Below, piece by piece: positions 41,111 to 51,687 of a stretch of DNA of 64,000 nt (its first letter is position 1; each line of letters starts with the position of its first letter). The notes under the pieces were generated by a model. It did no database searches, was not told the DNA's origin, and saw nothing but the letters and a program-made list of their open reading frames with translations. Made by a program: the position numbers and the translations under genes. Source of the DNA: an uncultured candidate division Zixibacteria bacterium (GTDB lineage: Bacteria; Zixibacteria; MSB-5A5; GN15; FEB-12); contig CAVTJJ010000006.1 of NCBI GenBank assembly GCA_963735035.1, positions 512,001 through 576,000 of the forward strand, given 5' to 3'.

Positions 41111-42496
41111 TCATCCGATCTGATTTTGCCGATTGGGGTACAGTTTGTCCGGGTTCAGCAAGCTCCTGGGGTCAAGAGCTACCTTGATGTCAGTCATAAG
41201 CTTAAGCGTCTCGGACGGGAATTCAAGGTCGATCAAGTGGCGTTTGGCCAGTCCGATTCCATGCTCGCCGGTCAGGGTGCCGCCAAAAGCCAGGGTCTGG
41301 CGCATCAGAATCTGGACCCAGCGATCAACCTCAAGCCGATTAACAGGATTGTCGTCCTCGGCCATGAAATTGACGTGCAAATTGCCGTCACCGGCGTGAC
41401 CGAAGGCGTTGATACGAAGCTGGCTCTGGCGATTCATGTCCGCCACGAACTCGACCAGGTCGGGAAAGCGACTGTTGGGGACGGCTACATCTTCGGATAT
41501 GCGAAGCCCGGCCATCGCCTTGACGGCCTTGGACAGATTGCGACGGATCTTCCATAGAATCTCGGCCTGTGCGGGATCGGTTTCGCTGCGCCAATAGGAG
41601 CAATGGTTCTTTTCGCAAATCTGCCTGATGCGTTTCGCTTGATCCTGTGAATTTCGGTCTGATGTTTCGAGCAGCAGGATGGCGGCCACTTTCTGATCGA
41701 AGCCGTCGGACTTCTCATACTCGTTCGAGCAGGCAGCGGCATCACCGTCGAGGAATTCCATTACGGTTGGAATTATTCCTGCGGTGTTGATATCACTGAC
41801 GGTTTGCGCGCTCATCTTGGGATCATCGAAGGCCACGAGGATGGTTTCACCTCGCCCGGGGAGATCAATGAGTTTGAGGGCCAAGCGGGTGACGATTCCG
41901 AGCGTCCCCTCCGAACCGACGAGCAAATCGCCCAGGGCGAAACCGCGATCAGAATTGAAGTAGCCGGTCTTGAGAACGGAGCCGTCAGCCAGGACAGCCT
42001 CGATTCCCAGCACATAGTCTTTAGTGACTCCATACCGTTTGCAGCGCAATCCACCGGCGTTCTCGGCGACATTACCGCCGAGGGTAGATTCCTCGTAGCT
42101 GGCCGGGTCAGGCGGATAAGTCAGGCCGTGCGTTGCAGCGGCGTCCTGAAGCACTTTAGTGATGATACCCGGCTCGCAGATAGCGAGCTTCTTCTCGGGA
42201 ATAATCTCCATACCCCGAAGTTTCTCAACGGAGATAAGCAGCCCGTTCGGCGAGACTATACAGCCGCCTGACAAGCCTGTCCCGGCGCCGCGCGGTGTAA
42301 TCGGGATGTCTTGGGAATAGCAGAAACGGACCGCGGCCACTACGTCGTCAGCAGTCTCGGCGATTAGAAGCGCGAACGGGACGGCTTCAAAACTAGTGGC
42401 ATCGTGGGCGTATTTCTCGTCGATAGAAGGCCCTGACAAGAGAGAGCCCGGCGCCTTCAAAAGCTTTCTTAGTTGTTCAACCTGGGCTGAGTTCAA
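41111..42496 (-). CDS. FAD-linked oxidase (GlcD/D-lactate dehydrogenase family)
   Basis: PRGAGTGLSGG, YPPDPAS, GSEGTLGI, GHAGDGNLH and GEHGIG motifs. Confidence 0.92.
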   Translation of the reverse strand: MNSAQVEQLRKLLKAPGSLLSGPSIDEKYAHDATSFEAVPFALLIAETADDVVAAVRFCYSQDIPITPRGAGTGLSGGCIVSPNGLLISVEKLRGMEIIPEKKLAICEPGIITKVLQDAAATHGLTYPPDPASYEESTLGGNVAENAGGLRCKRYGVTKDYVLGIEAVLADGSVLKTGYFNSDRGFALGDLLVGSEGTLGIVTRLALKLIDLPGRGETILVAFDDPKMSAQTVSDINTAGIIPTVMEFLDGDAAACSNEYEKSDGFDQKVAAILLLETSDRNSQDQAKRIRQICEKNHCSYWRSETDPAQAEILWKIRRNLSKAVKAMAGLRISEDVAVPNSRFPDLVEFVADMNRQSQLRINAFGHAGDGNLHVNFMAEDDNPVNRLEVDRWVQILMRQTLAFGGTLTGEHGIGLAKRHLIDLEFPSETLKLMTDIKVALDPRSLLNPDKLYPNRQNQIG

Positions 42497-42531
42497 CGGG
42501 CAGGCTCCCTATTGGGTGTGACCGGGCGCGG

Positions 42532-42837
42532 TTATTTCTCCGGTGTGGCCTTCTTCGTGTCCGACTTTGACTCAGACGAACTTGAGGATGAGCCGGCCGA
42601 ACCAGCAGAACCCGCTGAGCCGGTCACATCTTTCCGTTTGTCCGATTTATACTGGGAGCTCCGGTAGTCGGTGATGTAGAAGCCCGAGCCCTTGAACAAG
42701 AGGCCGGCGCCGCCTGTGATCAGGCGGCGCGTATGGCCCTTACATTCGGGACAGACCTCAATAGCGGCTTCAGTCATCGACTGAAACTCTTCGAATTCGT
42801 GACCACACTTGTCGCATCTATACTGATAGGTTGGCAT
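42532..42837 (-). CDS. FmdB family zinc ribbon protein
   Basis: MPTYQYRCDKCGHEFE...CPEC...FKGSGFYITDY. Confidence 0.92.
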   Translation of the reverse strand: MPTYQYRCDKCGHEFEEFQSMTEAAIEVCPECKGHTRRLITGGAGLLFKGSGFYITDYRSSQYKSDKRKDVTGSAGSAGSAGSSSSSSESKSDTKKATPEK

Positions 42838-42896
42838 ACGCTGTCGGTTGCCTCGTGTTCTTCCGCTTCGATACTTACAGGTACTTCAAACAGCGA

Positions 42897-44564
42897 TTAC
42901 CGCCCCGCGGTTCGCACTTTAGCGACGTCCGGTCCCGCTTTCAATATCTCCGGCGGGCAGCCATCCTGGAACTTCTTGAAGTTCTCGATGAACAACGACG
43001 CCAACTGGATATACTTCTCTTCGTACGCTTTCGGGTCTTCCCAGGTGTCTTTCGGGTTGAGAACCTTGTCCGGGACGCCTTCACAGGTCAGCGGGACTTC
43101 AAATCCGAAGAAGGGATCCTTGCGATATTTGACGTTCGCCAGCGTCCCACTCAGGGCGGCGTCGAGCAAGGTACGGGTGTGATGAATGCTCATCCGCTTA
43201 CCGATACCGTAAGGTCCACCGGTCCAGCCGGTGTTCACCAGCCAGCACTGGGCCTCATGCTTAAGCATCTTGTTCTTGAGCATCTCGGCGTATTTGTACG
43301 GGTGATGCACCATGAACGGTCCGCCAAAGCAGGTGCTGAAAGTCTGCTCCGGTTCTTTGCCGAGATCGATCTCGGTTCCTGCAACTTTCGACGTATACCC
43401 GGACATGAAGTGGTACATCGCCTGATCTGGTGTCAGACGCGCAATAGGCGGCATCACGCCGGAAGCGTCGCAGGTAAGCATCACGACGTTCTTCGGATGT
43501 CCAGCCATTTTCTCAGGCACGGAATTGTCGATGAATTCGAGCGGATAGGCCGCCCGGGTATTCTCGGTGCGGCTTTCGTCGTCGAGATCAAGTCGGCGAG
43601 TTACCCGGTCGTACACCACGTTTTCTAGGACGGTACCGAAGCGCTGTGTACATGCGTAAATCGCGGGCTCTGCGGTCGGGGAGAGGGCGATCACTTTGGC
43701 ATAGCAACCGTTCTCGAAATTGAACACGCCTTCGTCGCTCCAGCCGTGTTCGTCGTCACCAACAAGTTTGCGTCTCGGATCGGCCGAAAGAGTTGTCTTG
43801 CCGGTGCCGGACAGGCCGAAGAATAAGGCGGTGTCGCCGTTCTTGCCGAGGTTGGCCGAGCAGTGCATGCTCAGGACGCCGTCGAGCGGCAACAGATAAT
43901 TCAGAATTGTGAATACCGCCTTCTTGATCTCACCGCCATAACCTGAGCCGCCGATAAGGCAGATGCGCTGATCGAAATTCAACAGGATAAAGGTCGGCGA
44001 CAGAGTGCCGTCGACTTCCGGAAGACCCTGGAACGACGGGAGCGATATGACCGTAAACTCAGGGACGAACTTGCGCAGCTCGTCGTTGGTGGCAGGATCA
44101 ATAAACATGTTGCGCGCAAAGAGCGAGTGCCAGGCGTACTCAGTGATGATACGCACAGGCAGTCGATAGTTCGGATCGGCGCCGGCATAGCAGTCCCGCA
44201 CGAACAGGTCACGCCCCTGCAGGTAGCCCTGCATGCGCTGGAAGACGGAGTTGAACTTGTCGACATTGAACGGGCGATTGTATTCACCCCACCAGACTTG
44301 ATCCTGGCTGGTCGGTTCCTGAACGACGAACTTATCGTTGGCCGCACGGGCAGTATGCTTGCCCGTGTTGACTACTATGGGGCCTCGAAGCGTGATCGAG
44401 CCCTCGGACCTGAAGATGATCTCTTCGTAGAGGGCCTCGGCCGGGAGGTTCCAGTAGACGTTGTTCAAGTTCCGGAAGCCATAGTTTGACAGACTGAATT
44501 CGGCCTTCAGCGCGGCGGCTTCTTTTACCGTGGGTGTTTTGACATCTATAATATAGTGACTCAT
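42897..44564 (-). CDS. pckA: Phosphoenolpyruvate carboxykinase (ATP)
   Basis: YGGEIKK, MHCSAN, FGLSGTGKTTLS, GDDEHGW and ENTRAAYP motifs. Confidence 0.96.
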   Translation of the reverse strand: MSHYIIDVKTPTVKEAAALKAEFSLSNYGFRNLNNVYWNLPAEALYEEIIFRSEGSITLRGPIVVNTGKHTARAANDKFVVQEPTSQDQVWWGEYNRPFNVDKFNSVFQRMQGYLQGRDLFVRDCYAGADPNYRLPVRIITEYAWHSLFARNMFIDPATNDELRKFVPEFTVISLPSFQGLPEVDGTLSPTFILLNFDQRICLIGGSGYGGEIKKAVFTILNYLLPLDGVLSMHCSANLGKNGDTALFFGLSGTGKTTLSADPRRKLVGDDEHGWSDEGVFNFENGCYAKVIALSPTAEPAIYACTQRFGTVLENVVYDRVTRRLDLDDESRTENTRAAYPLEFIDNSVPEKMAGHPKNVVMLTCDASGVMPPIARLTPDQAMYHFMSGYTSKVAGTEIDLGKEPEQTFSTCFGGPFMVHHPYKYAEMLKNKMLKHEAQCWLVNTGWTGGPYGIGKRMSIHHTRTLLDAALSGTLANVKYRKDPFFGFEVPLTCEGVPDKVLNPKDTWEDPKAYEEKYIQLASLFIENFKKFQDGCPPEILKAGPDVAKVRTAGR

Positions 44565-45778
44565 TTCCAGTCTCTCCTGAACTTCCGGTCGCCAATGTAG
44601 ATTTCGTTGGGCGAATCGGGATCCAGCGCCCACTTGATGCGACGAACGCCCTCGGTTATTTCCTTGATCGTCCCGCAATAGCTCAGCCGCAGATGTCCTT
44701 CCATACCGAATTCAGAGCCGGGGACCGTGACCACCAGCGCCTTTTCGAGCAGGAGCTTGGAAAGAGCGATTGAGTCCTTCGAATATGCCCGGAAGTCGGG
44801 CAGACAGTAGAAAGTGCCGCCCGGCTTGATGGTTCTTATCCCGGTAAAAGCATTGAGCTCAGTCAACATGACGTCGCGATTGTTCTCGAGCGTCTGTCGC
44901 AGACTTTCTACCCCGGACTGAACGCCTTCCAGCGCGCCGGCCGCAGCGGTCTGAAGTATAACCGACGGGCACGAGGTATTCTGCGCCGAAACATTTATCA
45001 ACGCCTCAGTCACTTTCTTGTTTGCGATTGACCAGCCGATTCTGAATCCGGTCATGGCGTACATCTTCGAGACGCCGTTGATGACAATCAATTTCGACAG
45101 TTCTGAATCATTCTTGGCGTAATCGTAGCAGGATGTCGGGCGACGGCCATCAAATATCAGTCGGTGATAGATGTCATCCATAATGAGAAAGATCTGCTTC
45201 TTCTCACAGAATTCCACGATTTCACGAATGAAATCGGCGCTGTAGACTTCACCTGACGGGTTATTGGGGCTGTTGATGATAATCGCTTTGGTGTACGACC
45301 CGACCGCTTCAATGATGTCTTCGATGCGGGGGTGGAAGCGACCGTCTTCCGGCTTCACTATCACCGGGACGCCGTAGAGCATCTTGACGATTTCGGGGTA
45401 GCTGACCCAATACGGGGCGGGGATGATTACTTCGTCCTGGGGATTAATAATGGTCAGCAGGATATTATAGATCGCCTGTTTCGCTCCGGCGTGCACACAG
45501 ACGTGTTCCGGGGCGATGGCTTTCTTATAGATATCATCCGTATATCTGATAATTCCTTTGATAAGCTGAGGAATCCCCTCGGTGGGGGTGTAGCGGATGT
45601 CCGCGGTCTTCAGCTTGGCGGAGCTGGCCAGGATGGCGTCGAGCGGCACTTTGCTCTTCGGCTCGCCGGTACCCAGGTGGATGACCGGCTCGCCTTTATC
45701 GCGAAGCCTGGCCGCTTCTTCGTTTAGGCGAAGAGTCGGCGACGGCTTTACGTCTCTGGCAAGTTGGCTAATACTCAT
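44561..45778 (-). CDS. aspC: PLP-dependent class I (aspartate) aminotransferase
   Basis: NSPNNPSG, DDIYH and GVSKMYAMTGFRIG motifs; stop overlaps the pckA start (ATGA). Confidence 0.85.
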   Translation of the reverse strand: MSISQLARDVKPSPTLRLNEEAARLRDKGEPVIHLGTGEPKSKVPLDAILASSAKLKTADIRYTPTEGIPQLIKGIIRYTDDIYKKAIAPEHVCVHAGAKQAIYNILLTIINPQDEVIIPAPYWVSYPEIVKMLYGVPVIVKPEDGRFHPRIEDIIEAVGSYTKAIIINSPNNPSGEVYSADFIREIVEFCEKKQIFLIMDDIYHRLIFDGRRPTSCYDYAKNDSELSKLIVINGVSKMYAMTGFRIGWSIANKKVTEALINVSAQNTSCPSVILQTAAAGALEGVQSGVESLRQTLENNRDVMLTELNAFTGIRTIKPGGTFYCLPDFRAYSKDSIALSKLLLEKALVVTVPGSEFGMEGHLRLSYCGTIKEITEGVRRIKWALDPDSPNEIYIGDRKFRRDWK

Positions 45779-45784
45779 GTCTTT

Positions 45785-46777
45785 CTATCCTCTCAAAAGT
45801 GTCGCTATCGCGGCCACGTCAACTATATCCTGTACGGAACAACCGCGCGACAGATCATTGGCCGGCTTGGCCAGACCCTGAATGATCGGTCCGGTAGCGG
45901 TCGCCCTGGCTAATCTTTGCGTGAGTTTATACCCGATATTGCCGGAGTCAAGGTCCGGAAATATCAGCACATTGGCGTCGCCGCCGAGCGGTGAATCGGG
46001 AGCCTTGCGTTTGGCGACATCCGGTACGATGGCAGCATCAACCTGGAATTCGCCGTCGATCTTCAAGGTCGGGAAATTCTTCCGGACGATCTCGAGTGCG
46101 GCGAGAACTTTATCGACGTCCTCATGCTGAGCCGATCCCTTGGTTGAGAATGAAAGCATCGCCACGCGCGGTTCTTCGCCGGTGAGATACTTCATGGTTT
46201 CGGCGGTGGAGACGGCAATCGAGGCCAACTGCTCGGGATCAGGATTCGGGATGACCGCGCAATCGCCGAAGGCGAAGACTTTGTCTTTCACACCCCGGTA
46301 TTCGGGAATGGTCATCAGGAATGAGCTTGAAACCGCCTTGATGCCCGGTTTCAAGCCGATCACCTGAATGGCCGCTCTGAGAACATCACCGGTGGTGTTG
46401 ACTGACCCGGCAACTGATGCGGCCGCTTTGTCGTGCCGCACCAGCATGGCGCCAAAGTAAAGAGGTTGGGCAATCGCCTCGCGGGCGGCTTCTTTGGTAA
46501 TCCCTTTGGCTTTGCGAAGCTCCATGAATTCATCGACATACGCGGCGTAATCCGGCGAAGCAGCCGGTTCGATAACTTCGACTTTGCCCAGATCAAGGCC
46601 CTGCTTGGCGGCCAGTTTCTCGATCTCGGAACGTTTGCCCAACAGGGTGACGGAGGCGATTCGTTCGGCCACCAATATCTTGGCGGCATCGTGCATGCGC
46701 GGTTCGGTCCCTTCCGGGAGCACGACCCGACGGCCCAGCTTCTTAGCTTTATCGTGAATAGTATTTACAACGCTCAT
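45785..46777 (-). CDS. pta: Phosphate acetyltransferase
   Basis: [32 protein letters not shown] and NDLSRGC motifs. Confidence 0.93.
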   Translation of the reverse strand: MSVVNTIHDKAKKLGRRVVLPEGTEPRMHDAAKILVAERIASVTLLGKRSEIEKLAAKQGLDLGKVEVIEPAASPDYAAYVDEFMELRKAKGITKEAAREAIAQPLYFGAMLVRHDKAAASVAGSVNTTGDVLRAAIQVIGLKPGIKAVSSSFLMTIPEYRGVKDKVFAFGDCAVIPNPDPEQLASIAVSTAETMKYLTGEEPRVAMLSFSTKGSAQHEDVDKVLAALEIVRKNFPTLKIDGEFQVDAAIVPDVAKRKAPDSPLGGDANVLIFPDLDSGNIGYKLTQRLARATATGPIIQGLAKPANDLSRGCSVQDIVDVAAIATLLRG

Positions 46778-46802
46778 AACATCTCCAGAAGCGAATCTAT
46801 GA

Positions 46803-47914
46803 TTAAAGGACTTGCCCTCTTAGTTCCGGATCGGAAAGAAAAGCTTCGATGAACCCATCGATGTCCCCATCCATGACCGCCTGCACGTTGGAAGTTTCGT
46901 GCGAAGTGCGATGGTCTTTTACGAGATTATAGGGGTGAAAAACGTAAGATCTTATTTGTGAGCCCCATTCGATCTTCTTCTTGGTCTTCTCGAATTTCTC
47001 CATCTTCTTGGCTTCTTCCTCGCGATGGAGCTGATAGAGGCGGGACTTCAATACGGTATAGGCAGCATCTTTGTTCTTGTACTGGCTACGCTCCGACTGG
47101 CAGGTAACGACAATGCCGGACGGAATGTGAGTGAGTCGAATGGCCGACGAGGTCTTGTTGACGTGCTGGCCGCCGGCGCCGGATGAACGATAGGTGTCGA
47201 CCCGTACGTCTTCTTCGTTGATTTCAATCTCGACGGCATCTTCGACAACAGGATAGACGTGAATAGACGCGAACGAGGTGTGCCGTCGCGCGTTGGCGTC
47301 AAATGGGGAGATGCGCACCAATCGATGCACGCCCGACTCGGCTTTGAGAAAGCCGTAGGCGTACTCGCCCTTGATTTCAAGCGTCGCAGATTTCATACCG
47401 GCTTCTTCACCCGGTTGATAGTCGAGCAGTTCGACTTCGAAATTCCGACGTTCCGCCCAGCGGTTGAACATGCGGAAGAGCATATCGGCCCAGTCTTGTG
47501 ACTCAGTGCCGCCGGCTCCGGGATGGACAGTCAGGATAGCATCGCGGACGTCGTCCGGTCCGGACAGCATCGCCGCCAGTTCCAATTTGCCAAGCTCATT
47601 GCTCAGTTGCGACAGGGAGTTGTCAATTTCCTGAACTTCGGGGGAATTCTGATCGACCATTTCAATCAATTCGGCCGAATCCCCTAATTCCCGCTGCAGG
47701 CGCTCGATGGTTGAGATCCACTTCTTGTGGCGGGAGACTTCTTTCAGGACTTCCTGGGCGGTCTGGTTGTTATCCCAAAAACCGGGTGCGGTTGAGCGCT
47801 CTATCGAGCTCGATTACTTTCTTCTGACGCTCGGGCAGGTCAAAGATACCTCGCTAGCTTGTCGAGGCGATTTCTCAATTGCGGTATCAAAGTTCTCAGT
47901 TCTGCAGTAATCAC
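46803..47914 (-). CDS. prfB: Peptide chain release factor 2 with programmed +1 frameshift and an additional apparent +1 indel at about 47803
   Basis: GTG start MITAELR...RYL, then CTT-TGA-C preceded by GAGG; SPF stop-recognition motif and GGQ. Confidence 0.95.
47839..47852 (-). other. prfB programmed +1 frameshift site
   Basis: Minus strand GAGGTATCTTTGAC: internal SD-like sequence plus CTT TGA C. Confidence 0.92.
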
Positions 47915-48087
47915 AAGTCGCGCTCCACGCAAAATTAGAGGGCGAATATACCATGTTTCTTTGGGAGCGTCAAACTTAATTCAAATATTCCGTCATTGAC
48001 GGGGCGGGCGTAAATGTTTGTCAGGTATGTCGTTAATCCGAGAGGGTGCGCTATTGACAGAACGACACGCTTGTGTATTTTGTCACT

Positions 48088-48736
48088 ATGGCAACCCGGG
48101 TACTCACATTGGTGGTCGGACCGTTTGGGGTCAACTGCTACCTTCTGTACGACCAACAGACTATGGAAGGGATCGTTATTGATCCGGGGGCGGAGGCGGA
48201 TCGGATTGTGTCGCAATTGGACGAATTGGAGCTCACACCTCGCGCCATCTTGCTGACCCACGGCCATGGGGATCATATCGCCGCAGTGGCCGAACTCAAG
48301 GAAATGTACGATTTGCCGCTCTATATCGGGGCCGGGGAAGAGCCGCTTCTGGCCGATCCGAGCGCCAATATTTCGGCCTTTTTCGACCATCCCATTGTCG
48401 CCCCCAAACCGGATTTCGCTGTTCACGATGACGACGTGATATCTGTCGCCGGCATTACACTGATCGTATTGTCAACTCCGGGGCATACATCCGCTGGGGT
48501 CTGCTATTTGGAAGAAAGCCGCCGGACGACTCTTCTGCGGAGACACGCTGTTTGCGGGGTCGATTGGGCGCACCGACCTTCCGGGCGGCAACTACGAGCA
48601 GCTAATCAGCTCAATACAGACAAAAATACTCGTCTTACCGGACGAAGTTCGGGTGTACCCGGGACACGGGCCGCAGACGTCCGTGGGAACCGAGCGCAAC
48701 GCCAATCCGTTCTTGATTGGAGGTCGTTATGCCTGA
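48088..48736 (+). CDS. MBL-fold metallo-hydrolase (glyoxalase II-like), frameshifted at about 48518
   Basis: THGHGDH and TPGHT; after the shift [16 protein letters not shown] and VYPGHG. Confidence 0.88.
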
Positions 48737-49587
48737 ATTTAGCCCGGTTGAACAACTTAACACGGTCGGATTGTCCGACTATCATTGTCACTGCGATTAC
48801 AGTATCGACGCGGTCGGCACGATTGACCAATTCTGTGAAGCCGCCCTCCAACGAGGCCTGGCCGAGCTCTGCTTCACGACTCACTGGGACACAAATCCGT
48901 TGACCGGCAGCCCGGACAATGTCATTCGGATCGGTGGAGAACGCAAGCCGACAGTTCCTGACAATCTCGCACCGTACGTCGACGATGTCTTGCGAGCCCG
49001 TGAGAAGTACTATCAGTCGCGGTCTCTGGGTGGTGCTGGGGGTGGAATTCGGATGGTATCCGGGCTGTGAGAAATCGGCTGAATCACTCAAGCGGCGATA
49101 TGAGTTCGATCATTTTCTTTGCGGGATACACGAATTGGAAGGGCGATGTTTCTCGTGCGACGGATGTTTCCCCAAGTGCTTCCCGCACTATACGGTCGAG
49201 CAGGCGGTTGAGAAGTATGTCAACGAGATAGCCGCGGTAGCCAGGACCGGACTCTTCGATTGTATTGCGCACCTGGACTATCTCCGCAAGTACGGCGAGA
49301 AGTACTACGGGACGCGCATAAACGAACTGCTCCTCGATCATCTAATCCAGAAAGCATTTCCGGCGCTCAAAGGTAGCGGCACGGCGATGGAAGTGAACAC
49401 GTCGGCGATCAGGCGTGGTTTCGACGATTATTTCCCCCGTGCAGCCGTGGTCAATGCCGCGCGAAAAGCCGGGGTGGAAGTTCGTTTCCTCGGTTCGGAC
49501 GCCCACCGGCCGGATCAAGTCGGGGCTGATTTCGATGCCGCCGCGTCGCTGGTATCGCCGTCGTTCGAAGCCTGGTGCGAAGACTAA
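48729..49587 (+). CDS. PHP-family histidinol-phosphatase-like protein, frameshifted at about 49012
   Basis: DYHCH and FTTH; after the shift LGVE, AHLD, MEVNTS and GSDAH. Confidence 0.85.
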
Positions 49588-50204
49588 TTGTGGCGGAGCG
49601 CGCCGGAGTGAGCCGCAAGCTATCGCGGTCGTTCTACGATAGGCCCACGCTGCAAGTGGCGCGCGAACTCCTTGGAAAAATCATCTGCTATCGTTCCGCT
49701 GGGGGCGAGTTGTCGGCGCGAATCGTCGAGGTAGAGGCATACGTCGGTGAAGATGACCCGGCCTGCCACGCGGCACCGGGACCAACCAAGCGCAATCAGA
49801 TAATGTACGGGAAGCCGGGGTTCAGTTACATCTACTTTATATACGGGATGTACTACTGCTTCAATATTGTGACAGAGCGTAAGGGATACCCGGCGGCAGT
49901 GCTACTCCGGGCGGCGGAGCCTTGTGACGGGATTGATGTCATGAAGGAGAACTCGCCACGCTGTCGGACATCAACGATCTTGACCGGACCCGGAAAATTC
50001 TGCCGGGCCTTCGGGCTAACCGCGCGAGAATCCGGAATCGATTTGACCGGATCAGTAATCTTTCTTCGAGATGACGGGTTCAAGCCGGGAGAGATAGCCA
50101 CTTCGTCGCGCATCGGTATTCGCAAAGGGGCGGATTTGCTTTATCGATTCTACCTGGCTGATTCAGGGGCTGTCTCGGCGCACCGGAAGGCAAAGCGGCT
50201 GTAG
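49575..50204 (+). CDS. DNA-3-methyladenine glycosylase (MPG/AAG family)
   Basis: IVEVEAY, YIYFIYGMYYCFN, AVLLRA and GPGK motifs. Confidence 0.93.
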   Translation: MRRLIVAERAGVSRKLSRSFYDRPTLQVARELLGKIICYRSAGGELSARIVEVEAYVGEDDPACHAAPGPTKRNQIMYGKPGFSYIYFIYGMYYCFNIVTERKGYPAAVLLRAAEPCDGIDVMKENSPRCRTSTILTGPGKFCRAFGLTARESGIDLTGSVIFLRDDGFKPGEIATSSRIGIRKGADLLYRFYLADSGAVSAHRKAKRL

Positions 50205-50291
50205 ACTCAGTAGGGACGTTTTTTAGCTGTCCTTCATCGCGGTGAGGTCGTATAAGTAATCAGACCAAATATCAGGATGGAGTTTCATTGA

Positions 50292-50897
50292 GTGTTTGAG
50301 CCAGGTTTTCTACAGAATGCTATAATTTACGGTCCCGTGATTCTCTTTTCACTGACCATCCACGAATTCTTTCATGCTTGGACGGCGTATCGTTTCGGCG
50401 ATTCGACCGCAGCCAGGCTCGGTCGAATGACGCTGAATCCGCTGGCCCATCTGGATCTGGTCGGCACTATTGTAATGGTGGCTTCAGGTTTTCGCTTCGG
50501 TTGGGCCAAGCCCGTCCCGGTAAATCCCTTGAATCTACGCAATCCCCGGATCGCCGATATCTGGGTTTCCGCGGCCGGTCCGCTCTCCAATTTGGGACTG
50601 GCGATAGTTGCCAGTTTGTTGTTTCGGATAGGTGATTGGCCCGAAGTAGGTCAGCGCTTGATGATCGCTGCCGTAGTAATTAATGTGTCGTTGGCCCTGT
50701 TCAATCTCATGCCGTTGTTTCCGCTCGACGGGTCGCATATCGTTCGCAACTTACTGCCGCGCGAATATGCCGAACCGTATGATAGGTTCGAGCAATTTGC
50801 CCCGTGGATCCTCCTGATAGTGATAGCCACCGGACTATTCTGGAAATTAGTTGGTCCAATTGTCGGTCTGATTGTCGGCATACTTCTGGGACCCTAG
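50292..50897 (+). CDS. Site-2 protease (M50) family protein
   Basis: HEFFH, GWAKPVP, AGPLSN and FNLMPLFPLDG motifs. Confidence 0.93.
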   Translation: MFEPGFLQNAIIYGPVILFSLTIHEFFHAWTAYRFGDSTAARLGRMTLNPLAHLDLVGTIVMVASGFRFGWAKPVPVNPLNLRNPRIADIWVSAAGPLSNLGLAIVASLLFRIGDWPEVGQRLMIAAVVINVSLALFNLMPLFPLDGSHIVRNLLPREYAEPYDRFEQFAPWILLIVIATGLFWKLVGPIVGLIVGILLGP

Positions 50898-50901
50898 TAC
50901 A

Positions 50902-51609
50902 ATGGGACGTCGAGCACGCTTAGTCTGTTGGGGGCGAGTCAAACGACTCTGGATTCTGACCTTCATGGCTCTGGCTATCGGAGGATGCCACGCGGCCCGG
51001 GAAGGTGCTCTGATTGGGAATGAGAGTCTGTCCGAAGTGAAGATCGTCGCTGACGCTTATTCTTTCAACGCGCGGATCTGGCGAGACGACAAGCCGACCT
51101 CGTTCAAACTCGAACTATATCGCACGGACAGTCTTCTCGGGATCGCAGCTCGCGGCTATTTGGGCAAAGGGGCCTTCAAAGGGTGGCTCCGCTCGGACTC
51201 CATTAGAGTATATTTTCCTCAAAGCCGGGAACTGCTGTACGAGTCGCTGGATGACCTGGTCAAATCGTCTGATTGCGGGGTTTCGGTGGCAGGACTGCGG
51301 TTTCTCGATCTGTTCGGGAAGACTCCGGATTCACTTGTCATGCCTGAGAAGGTCGAAGTTCACTCGGATTATGCGACTGCCGATCATCCAATCTTCAAAG
51401 TCGCGTCTGAAGGATCAGGTTGTCCCTGGCAGCTTGAAATCGGCTATGATCGGCAGGGGGAGGGGTGGACGCCGCTATCGCTCAAGTTCGACAATGGGCG
51501 CGGACTTGTTCTGAAAGCCGATCGGGAGCGGTTTCGCGCCCGTATCGGCATACCGCTCAAGCGATTCACGGTGGCGGTCCCGCCCGACGCCATTCGCACC
51601 ATCCCCTGA
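50902..51609 (+). CDS. Hypothetical lipoprotein
   Basis: Lipobox-like IGGC, beta-rich sequence, in operon context. Confidence 0.65.
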   Translation: MGRRARLVCWGRVKRLWILTFMALAIGGCHAAREGALIGNESLSEVKIVADAYSFNARIWRDDKPTSFKLELYRTDSLLGIAARGYLGKGAFKGWLRSDSIRVYFPQSRELLYESLDDLVKSSDCGVSVAGLRFLDLFGKTPDSLVMPEKVEVHSDYATADHPIFKVASEGSGCPWQLEIGYDRQGEGWTPLSLKFDNGRGLVLKADRERFRARIGIPLKRFTVAVPPDAIRTIP

Positions 51610-51687
51610 AAATCGAGCCTTGGGATTCATTGACAAAGCCGCCGTCTTTGGCCATTTTGTGCCCTTACATTCGAAGTTAAAGGCAAT

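Noticed and set aside
47839..47852. prfB internal TGA as a novelty or pseudogene
   Set aside because: This is the well-known RF2 autoregulatory +1 frameshift.
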